From contig NZ_JBKGHJ010000051.1 of the NCBI RefSeq assembly GCF_046520365.1, forward strand, positions 1-26,875: DNA of 26,875 bases, in the 5' to 3' direction. A model generated the notes under the pieces. That model ran no database searches, had not been told where the DNA came from, and was given only the letters and a program-made list of their open reading frames with translations. The stretch comes from Corallococcus sp. 4LFB. GTDB lineage: Bacteria > Myxococcota > Myxococcia > Myxococcales > Myxococcaceae. Below are positions 20,189-26,875 of this stretch, in pieces. Both the position numbers and the translations under genes were made by a program. Positions within the stretch are counted from its first letter, which is position 1; every line of letters starts with the position of its first letter.

Positions 20189-22873
20189 ATGCGACTGCTC
20201 CCACTCCTGGTCCTGGTGGTGTTGACCGTCCGCTGTGCTCACGCGCCAGAGGCCGCACCTCCCGCCTCCGCGCCGCCCGCCGTGTCGTGGCCGCAGGCCC
20301 TGCCCCCCGCGCTGCGGCTGCCGGACACCGTGCGGCCCGTGCACTACGCGCTGGACCTGAAGCTCGTGCCCACGGAGGACACGTATCCCGGCAGCGTCAC
20401 CATCGACGTGGAGGTCCGCGAGCCGGTGCGCCAGGTGTGGCTGCACGCGCAGGACCTGGACGTCACGCTGGCGCGCGTCACCGTGAAGGGCCGCACGTTC
20501 GACGCGAAGCCCGTCACCGCGAACGAGGGACGTCTGGGATTGCTGTTGCCGGAGGAGCTGCCCGTGGGCAAGGCGCAGCTGCTGCTGGACTTCACCGGCA
20601 AGGTGGACCGTGAGCGCAGCCAGGGGCTCTACGGGGTGGCGGAGGGCGGTGAGTCCTACCTCTACACGTTCTTCGAGCCCATCGACGCGCGCCGCGCCTT
20701 CCCGTGCTTCGACGAGCCGACCTTCAAGGTGCCGTGGCGCCTGCGCTTCACCGTGAAGGCCGGACACGTGGCGCTGGCCAACCATCCGGTCGTGTCGCGC
20801 GAGCCGCTGGCGGACGGGCTGGAGCGCGTCACCTTCGCGGAGAGCAAGCCGATGCCCAGCTACCTCGTGGCCTTCATGGTGGGGCCGTTCGACGTGGTGG
20901 AGGCGGGCACCGTGGGCCGCACGAACGTGCCGCTGCGCTTCGTCGTCCCGAAGGGCCGGGGCGCGGAGACGCGCTACGCCGCCAGCATCACGCCGCGCAT
21001 CGTGAAGGGCCTGGAGGACTTCTTCGACCAGCCGTATCCCTACGAGAAGCTGGATGTGGCCGTGGTGCCCCGGTACTGGGGCACCATGGAGCACCCGGGC
21101 ATCGTCGCGCTCGGGCAGCCGCTCACGCTCATCCGGCCCGAGGAGGAGACGCTGGCCCGCCGCAAGTCCTACGCGGTCATCGCCAACCATGAGCTGGGGC
21201 ACTACTGGTTCGGCGACGTCGTCACCTGCGCGTGGTGGAACGACATCTGGCTGAACGAGTCCTTCACCGCGTGGCTGGACCGGCAGACGGTGGACCGGCT
21301 GGAGCCGTCCTGGGACTACCAGCAGGAGCGCGCCATGTCCGCGACGCGGTCCGCGCTGGCGTCGGATGCGCTGGAGGCGGCGTTGCCCGTGCGCAAGCCG
21401 GTGGAGAGCAATGACGACATCGTGGGCTCGTTCGACAACGGGACGACCTATGACAAGGGCTCGTCCGTCATCGCCATGTACGAGGCCTGGCTGGGGCCGG
21501 AGCGCTTCCGTGACGTGCTGCGGGGCTATGTCCGCGAGCACGCGTGGAAGGTCGCGACGCTGGAGGACTTCCTCGCGGACCTGTCCCAGGCGGCGGGGCC
21601 GGAGGTGGCGCGGTCCTTCGGTGGGTTCATCGTCCAGAAAGGGGCGCCGCGAATCAGCGCGCAGCTGTCGTGCCCCGCGGGCGGCGCGCCGACGGTGAAG
21701 CTGTCGCAGGAGCGCTACCTGCCCGTGGGCTCCAAGGCGGACGCAAAGCAGGAGTGGCAGGTGCCCGTGTGCCTTCGCGTGGGGACGGGCACGCAGTCGT
21801 CGCGGGTGTGCTCGATGTTGCAGGGGGCCACGGCGGAGGTGGCGCTGCCCACGAAGCAGTGCCCGGCGTGGGTGCTGCTCAACGCGGGCGGCACGGGCTA
21901 CTACCGCAGCGGCTACACGCGCGAGCAGTTGACGAAGCTGCTCGCGACCCCGGTCGCCGCCTTCACTCCGGCGGAGCAGGTGGCGCTCTGGGCGGACGTG
22001 GACGCGGCGGTGGAGCGGGGCGACCTGCCGCTGGGCGAGGCGCTGAAGGCGGTGCCTGCCTCCGCGAAATCACCGAACCGGCTGGTGGTGCAGAGCGGCG
22101 CTTCGCTGCTCGCTCACGTGCGCGTGGATCAGCTCACCCCGGAGGAGCGCCAGCGCTTCCGAGCGTGGGTGGCGTCGCTCTACTCCGCACGCGCGAGGGC
22201 CATGGGCTGGGTGCCGAAGCCGGGCGAGGACGACTCGGTGAAGGAGTCGCGCTCGCTGTTCCTCCGGCTGGCTGGCGGGACCGGGGAGGATCCGCGGCTG
22301 GTGAAGGAAGCGCTGCCCCTGGTGCGCGCATGGCTGGCGGACCGCAAGTCGGTGGACCCGGAGGCGTTCGGCAGCGCGCTGCCCCGGGCGGCGACGCATG
22401 GCGATGCGGCGCTGTTCGACGCGCTCTTGGAGGCGGCGAAGAAGGAGCAGGACCGCGGCGAGCGGACCCGGCTGCTGGCGTCCCTGTCGTACTTCCGGAA
22501 CCCGGACCTGCTGTGGCGAGCGCTGGGGGTCGTGGTCTCGCCGGACTTCGATGTGCGGGACTCGCAGGGCATCCTGGGGATGGCGTTGATGATGCCGGAG
22601 TCGCAGTCACTGGCCTGGAACTTCTACCAGACGCACTTCGATGCACTGACCCAGCGGCTGCGCTCGGATGAACTGGGCAGGCTGATTGGACAGACGGGGA
22701 ACCTCTGCAACGACATCGACCTGGCGCAGGTGGAGACGTTCCTCAAGCCTCGCGTGGACAAGATTGAAGGCGGTCCGCGCGCGCTCGCCCGGGCCCTGGA
22801 GTCCATCCGGCTGTGCATCGAGTCCCAGAAGGTCCAGGCCCCGAGCGTCAAGGCGTTCCTCCGCGCCCGGTGA
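20189..22873 (+). CDS. M1-family zinc aminopeptidase (aminopeptidase N-like), secreted.
   Basis: 894 aa with a signal peptide (MRLLPLLVLVVLTVRCAHA). It has an exopeptidase GAMEN variant (GTMEHPG), the HEXXH zinc motif (HELGHYWFGD), and the downstream Glu motif WLNESFTAW. Confidence 0.8.
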   Translation: MRLLPLLVLVVLTVRCAHAPEAAPPASAPPAVSWPQALPPALRLPDTVRPVHYALDLKLVPTEDTYPGSVTIDVEVREPVRQVWLHAQDLDVTLARVTVKGRTFDAKPVTANEGRLGLLLPEELPVGKAQLLLDFTGKVDRERSQGLYGVAEGGESYLYTFFEPIDARRAFPCFDEPTFKVPWRLRFTVKAGHVALANHPVVSREPLADGLERVTFAESKPMPSYLVAFMVGPFDVVEAGTVGRTNVPLRFVVPKGRGAETRYAASITPRIVKGLEDFFDQPYPYEKLDVAVVPRYWGTMEHPGIVALGQPLTLIRPEEETLARRKSYAVIANHELGHYWFGDVVTCAWWNDIWLNESFTAWLDRQTVDRLEPSWDYQQERAMSATRSALASDALEAALPVRKPVESNDDIVGSFDNGTTYDKGSSVIAMYEAWLGPERFRDVLRGYVREHAWKVATLEDFLADLSQAAGPEVARSFGGFIVQKGAPRISAQLSCPAGGAPTVKLSQERYLPVGSKADAKQEWQVPVCLRVGTGTQSSRVCSMLQGATAEVALPTKQCPAWVLLNAGGTGYYRSGYTREQLTKLLATPVAAFTPAEQVALWADVDAAVERGDLPLGEALKAVPASAKSPNRLVVQSGASLLAHVRVDQLTPEERQRFRAWVASLYSARARAMGWVPKPGEDDSVKESRSLFLRLAGGTGEDPRLVKEALPLVRAWLADRKSVDPEAFGSALPRAATHGDAALFDALLEAAKKEQDRGERTRLLASLSYFRNPDLLWRALGVVVSPDFDVRDSQGILGMALMMPESQSLAWNFYQTHFDALTQRLRSDELGRLIGQTGNLCNDIDLAQVETFLKPRVDKIEGGPRALARALESIRLCIESQKVQAPSVKAFLRAR

Positions 22874-22895
22874 GTGCCCCGCGTCCGGCCCGGCT

Positions 22896-24322
22896 TCAGG
22901 CGGGGACGAACGTGCCGTGGAACGTGGGGGGCAGGGCGTGCTCGAAGTGGCAGCGCGCCACGGGACCCGCGTCCAGCCGCTCGGCGTCCAGCACGGCCAC
23001 GTGGGTGGTGTCCGTCTTCGTGTCGAAGACCTGGGTGAGCAGCCAGCCGTCGTCCTCGGTCCGCGAGCCGGGGCGGGGCACGAAGACGGGCTCGGAGGGG
23101 TACTGGCCTGCTTCCAGCGCGGCCCGCGTCACGCGGCGCTGCCCAGGTCCAGACGCACCAGCGCGTCATAGAGGCCGCGCCGGGCCTCCTGGGTGCCGTG
23201 CGCGCCCAGGTAGACCGCCTGGTACGGCCGGCACTCCACGCTGGGGGCGACGCGGGGGAACTCGCAGCTCAGGTCCAGCAGGGGCTCGCTGCGGAACGTG
23301 CGGGCCTTCAGGTCGATGCGCGCGCGGTGGAGCATGCCGTCGGCGTCGGTGGAGGGATTGCCGCGCAGCAGGTCCCCCAGCCACTGGTTGGACGCGAAGT
23401 CGGGGTAGCGCACGTAGTCCACCACCAGCGTGTCGCCGTCCTCGTAGGCGTTGGAGAAGTGCCAGTTGAAGAAGGAGTCGGCGGGGATGCGGATGGGGTG
23501 CGCCACGTCGTCGATGGGCACCACCACCACCTCCGACGCCGCGCCCGGCCGGAAGGAGACGTTGTCCGCGAACGCGCCGATGCGCAGCAGCATCTTCAAG
23601 ACGTTGATGCTCATCGCCGGCAGGAAGAAGACGAGGTAGCGGTCCGTGACCGTGAAGTCATGGACCATGGTCGCGCCGGGCAGCGGCACGGACCCCAGGT
23701 GCCGCGCCTTGTCGTCGTCCGGCAGGGCATACAGCTCCAGCGTGTTCACCCGGCCGTGGTGCTGGCCGAAGTTGTAGCGCGTCTTTCGCGACGGGACGCG
23801 GTGGGGGTGCGCGGAGAACGACTTCAGCACGGCGCCGTCGAGGTTCGTCTCGCCCAGGGTGGTCAGGTCCTCCGGGGACAGCTCCACGGGGAGGTTCGGC
23901 TCGTGCAGCGCGTACAGCCGGCCGTTCCACGGCAAGAGCGCCGTGTTCGCGTTGTTCTTCTGGGGGTTGAGCAGCTTGTTGCGCAGCGGCGTGGGCATGG
24001 CGTAGCTGCCGTACAGCTGCCGGCCCGCCTTGCGCTCCGTGACCATGGTGCGCGAGTCCACGAGCCGGGCCGCGCCCTGGACGCCGTCCGGCCCGAAGCG
24101 CACGCCCATCACGCCGCCGTCACCGTCGAACCAGTGCTGGAGCGGCGCCCCGTGCACGTCGAACGTCCACGCGCCCAGGCGGAACAGCGTCCCGCGGAGG
24201 CCCTCGGGGAGGTGTCCCTCCACCCGCAGGGGTTGGAAGCCGTGCTGGTGGGAGATGTTGCGGAAGGCCCGATTCCAGGCCGGAGGGGGAGGGGAGGCCG
24301 GCAGCGGCGTCGCGGTGGTCAT
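22896..24322 (-). CDS. Carotenoid cleavage oxygenase (RPE65/CCD family). It is split by a frameshift near 23129–23135: 23129..24322 encodes 397 aa and 22896..23132 the C-terminal 78 aa.
   Basis: The N-terminal ORF has CCD-like composition (…FDGDGGVMGVRF…, HDFTVTDRYLVFF). The downstream ORF (MTRAALEAGQYPSEPVFVPRPG…VAVLDAERLDAGPVARCHFEHALPPTFHGTFVPA) matches the conserved CCD C-terminus (…EPvFVPR… …L.AGP.A…P.GFHG.W). The two sum to about 475 aa, a normal CCD length. Confidence 0.65.
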
Positions 24323-24364
24323 GGCGGGTTCGAGAGGGCGCGCGTGGAGAGAAGTCGTCTGGAA

Positions 24365-24820
24365 TCAGGGCGTGGGCTGGGCGATGACCGCCTGCTGCCC
24401 GCGCGCCTCGGCCTCGTCGCGGCGAATCCCCATGAGCGTCCACATCGCGCCGCTGAAGTCGATGCAGCCGAAGAAGGTGACGATGGGATTGCACAGGCCC
24501 AGCGCCGTGCAGACGATGAGCACTCCCACGATGAACGTGCGCCCCATCACCGCCCAGACAAAGAACTGGCGCATGTCCAGGATGGCCGCCTGATGGGACA
24601 TGAACGACATGGACACCAGCAGCGCGCCCGCGAGCCGCATGAAGAACAGGTCCCCGTCCGCGGCCCCGGGTGAGATGCCCATCACCTTGAGGAACAGCCC
24701 GGGCACCAGCAGCAGCGTGAAGGCGAGCGGGATGGTGTAGTAGACCCAGATGTACATCGAGCGTCCCGCGTGGCTCAGCGTGGACAGCTTGGGGAACACC
24801 TTCGGTGCGAAGAGCATCAT
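24365..24820 (-). CDS. Small integral membrane protein of about 151 aa with 3–4 predicted TM helices. Function unknown.
   Basis: MMLFAPKVFPKL…IWVYYTIPLAFTLLLVPGLFLKVMG… …FIVGVLIVCTALGLC… GGAG lies 7 nt before the ATG at 24820. The gene is immediately downstream of the carotenoid oxygenase on the same strand. Confidence 0.4.
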   Translation of the reverse strand: MMLFAPKVFPKLSTLSHAGRSMYIWVYYTIPLAFTLLLVPGLFLKVMGISPGAADGDLFFMRLAGALLVSMSFMSHQAAILDMRQFFVWAVMGRTFIVGVLIVCTALGLCNPIVTFFGCIDFSGAMWTLMGIRRDEAEARGQQAVIAQPTP

Positions 24821-25025
24821 GCGGACTCCAGGGGCGCGGGCTTGAGGCGGTGCCTGGAGTGTAGTGGAAGTCCCAGGTCCCGACGATGGACGGGCTGGAC
24901 TGGGCGCCAAAGGAAGCGCAGTTCGCTCTGGAAGGCGTCGGAGGTGTAGGCGCTGGCGGTGCCTCCGGCGACGCGCACCTTGCCGCTGCCCGGCCGCGTC
25001 GCCGTGGGGCCCGCCCGCTGTTGCC

Positions 25026-26087
25026 CTAGAAGCCGATGCGGCTGCGGATGCCCTGGATGAGCTCCAGGCCCCAGCGAACCGGCATGCCCAGGGCGTTCCC
25101 CAGGTGGGAGGCGAACTGGGCCACCACGCCCATGTCGCCGTTCATCGCGCGCTCGCTGAAGTCGGCCATCTTCGCCGGGTCGCCCAGGGTGGAGAGCGCC
25201 TCGGAGACGTGGGCCGCCGCCTGGATGAGCGCGCCGTTGCCTCCCGTGCGGTTCTTGTCGTTGAGGCCCCCGGCCGCGTCCAGCCGCCCCGTCATGGCCA
25301 CGTCCAGCAGCGCCGCGGCCGAATTCGTGGCGCTCGTCATCGAGCCGGACATGTTGCCGCCCGTCACGCCATCGAGCGCCACCAGCACCGCGCCCGGCGG
25401 AGTCGAACCCATGAGGGTGGCCAACCCGTAGTTGCCGGCCCCCGACAGCAGCCCGTCCACCGCGCGGCCCACGTCGGTGGTGGCGGGGCTGGACTGGTAG
25501 GCGCTCACCCCGGTGGCGCCGGCGCCGACGATGTTGATGGCGGTGCCCAGCCGCGCCAGGCCGGTGGCCAGCGGGCCATTGACGAGCGAGGCGTTGTTGC
25601 CCAGGAAGCGCTGCACGTTGCCGATGCGGGAGTTGAAGCCCGCCAGCTCCCGGGCCTTGATGTTCTGCGCCGTCTGGAGCTGGGTCTTCACCTTGTTCAG
25701 CAAGGCCGGGTTGTTGCGCACCGAGGGCTGCTGCATCAGCCACTTGGACTGGTTGATGGTGACGTCCATCGCCCGGGCGAAGTTCTGGCGCTGGGCCACC
25801 ATCCGCGGCAGCACCTTGAGCGCCGTCTCCACGCCCCGCTGGGACGGCGTCAACAGCGACTTGACGCTCTGGTCGATGACGGTGTGGCCCACGGTGGCCC
25901 ACGCGGCGAGCTCCGCCACCTTCGCGTTCACCGTGTTGATGCGCGCGTTGAGGTCCACCGGCGCCGCGTTGCCCTTCGGGGCCGCCTGGGCCACCTGGGT
26001 GCTCGTGGGAGCCGGCTTCCCGGGGGGCGCGGCGGCAGGACGGGGGGCCGGAAGGTTCGGGCTGTTCGGACGCACGTTGATGCTCAT
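25026..26087 (-). CDS. Hypothetical 353-aa protein that is Pro/Ala-rich at the N-terminus and Gly/Ala/Thr-rich at the C-terminus, with no signal peptide or TM. It lies immediately downstream of the ECF sigma factor gene.
   Basis: Long ORF with a consistent GC3 codon bias. I recognise no family. It is 109 nt downstream of the sigma gene stop on the same strand. Confidence 0.4.
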   Translation of the reverse strand: MSINVRPNSPNLPAPRPAAAPPGKPAPTSTQVAQAAPKGNAAPVDLNARINTVNAKVAELAAWATVGHTVIDQSVKSLLTPSQRGVETALKVLPRMVAQRQNFARAMDVTINQSKWLMQQPSVRNNPALLNKVKTQLQTAQNIKARELAGFNSRIGNVQRFLGNNASLVNGPLATGLARLGTAINIVGAGATGVSAYQSSPATTDVGRAVDGLLSGAGNYGLATLMGSTPPGAVLVALDGVTGGNMSGSMTSATNSAAALLDVAMTGRLDAAGGLNDKNRTGGNGALIQAAAHVSEALSTLGDPAKMADFSERAMNGDMGVVAQFASHLGNALGMPVRWGLELIQGIRSRIGF

Positions 26088-26179
26088 GGGCGATCTCCAG
26101 GAAGACGGCTGATGTCCTGGAGGACGCGCCCCGGAATTTCCGGTTGCATTCCGGGGTGCACGAAACCGGCGCGCCAGAG

Positions 26180-26207
26180 GGGCTACTCGGGTGGGGCTAC
26201 TCGGGTG
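26180..26207. repeat. Perfect tandem duplication of the 14-bp unit GGGCTACTCGGGTG, overlapping the ECF sigma stop codon.
   Basis: aggGGCTACTCGGGTGGGGCTACTCGGGTGgga. The second copy contains the TAG stop (26197–26199 on the minus strand). Confidence 0.4.
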
Positions 26208-26875
26208 GGAGCAGGCGCTCCAGGCTCACGTCCAGGTGGCTGCGGATGAGCCGGTCGAGGCTCGCCAGCTCCCGCTCGGTCACCGGCAGCCGCTCCAGCA
26301 GCCGCTGCCGCGTGCGCTCCACCAGCGCGTCGCACGTCTGGCGCAGCCGCCGGAACAGCGTCACCCGGTGGACGCCCTGGAGCGCCGCCAACTGGGGCGT
26401 GGTGAGCCCGTCGATGAAGTGCCGCCGGAGCAGGTTGCGCTCCGCGGGCTCCAGGGTGCGCAGCGCGTCCTCGAAGGCGCGCTTGAACTCCACCTGGTAC
26501 TCGCGCCGGGCCTGCTGCAGCTCCACGTCCTCCGCGGCCGAGGGGAAGGCGTCGAAGAACTCCTGCTCCATGCCCGCCTCGGGCGTGTGGGTGCGCAGCC
26601 GCACCAGCCCCTCGCGGGTCGCCACCGAGCGCACCCACCGCCGCAGCTCGCCCTTGCCCCGGTACAGGCTGATGCGCGGCTCGGCGCCGTTCTCCGCCAC
26701 CAGCAGCTTCCGCCGCAGCTCCTGGATCAGCTCGTCCTGCTCGCCGCGCGACAGGCGCAGGCGCGCCAGCGCGGCCTCCAGCTCCGGTACGCAGTGCTGC
26801 TCAAAGCCCCCTCAGCGCCTTCGCGTCCCCCCCGGGCGCACGCGAAGGCCAGGTAGAGGTCCGCCGCCTTCAGCG
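26197..26875 (-). CDS. ECF (group IV sigma-70) RNA polymerase sigma factor. Its 5' end is cut by the window edge, and a frameshift sits at a C5/G5 homopolymer near 26808–26812.
   Basis: Region 4.2 reads FIDGLTTPQLAALQGVHRVTLFRRLRQ. Upstream in a second frame, the conserved region-2 motif LKAADLYLAFACARGG… is read from 26875 downward. It would join to …GGFEQHCVPELEAALARLRL… if the G5 run were G6. The annotated ORF itself begins with GTG at 26700. Confidence 0.6.

Noticed and set aside
23198-24673. 491-aa plus-strand ORF and 24864..26249 (+), 25036..25431 (+), 26191..26856 (+).
   Set aside because: They are antisense to the carotenoid oxygenase, the 353-aa hypothetical gene and the ECF sigma factor respectively. 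The sense strands show family motifs or consistent codon bias, whereas these show Arg/Gly/His-rich low complexity.
1-26875. Scan for rRNA, tRNA, CRISPR arrays, IS/transposase or integrase genes.
   Set aside because: I found no cloverleaf-like or rRNA-like conserved stretches, no regularly spaced short repeats and no transposase or integrase-like ORF. The only repeats are the 264-bp intragenic tandem duplication and the 14-bp duplication at 26180–26207.

Overview
This window is about 70% GC, consistent with a myxobacterial (Myxococcus/Corallococcus-like) chromosome. It is densely coding and carries many high-GC antisense shadow ORFs, which I rejected. I support about 25 genes from the sequence.

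Housekeeping-type genes:
- DUF4105 protein, a YdeI-family protein, and a PLP-dependent D-serine-dehydratase-like enzyme.
- A dacB-like PBP4 gene followed by an S9 prolyl oligopeptidase, ending in a clear intrinsic terminator.
- A phenylalanine-hydroxylase-like gene, a LysR regulator and an SDR oxidoreductase in a row on the minus strand.
- An M1 aminopeptidase, a carotenoid oxygenase, and an ECF sigma factor cut by the window edge.

More unusual content:
1. A clear homologue of the eukaryotic Major Vault Protein (13554..15832). It spans repeat domains, shoulder, cap-helix and the C-terminal cap-ring motif, and is interrupted by a single frameshift.
2. A lipoprotein carrying a PD-(D/E)xK nuclease domain, with an ATGA-overlapping immunity gene. 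Both sit in a low-GC island and resemble an outer-membrane-exchange SitA/SitI-type polymorphic toxin cassette.
3. A 73-aa secreted six-cysteine peptide just upstream of that toxin, followed by its own terminator.
4. A Macro-like + nucleoside 2-deoxyribosyltransferase/DNPH1-like fusion protein, divergent from a tandem cNMP-binding protein.
5. An RdgC-like gene split into two overlapping ORFs.
6. A secreted protein built from two ~88-aa tandem repeats.

Three genes (MVP, the carotenoid oxygenase and the ECF sigma factor) each have a single-base frameshift in a GC-repeat or homopolymer context. That fits assembly indel errors as well as genuine pseudogenes. I saw no rRNA, tRNA, CRISPR array or IS element.
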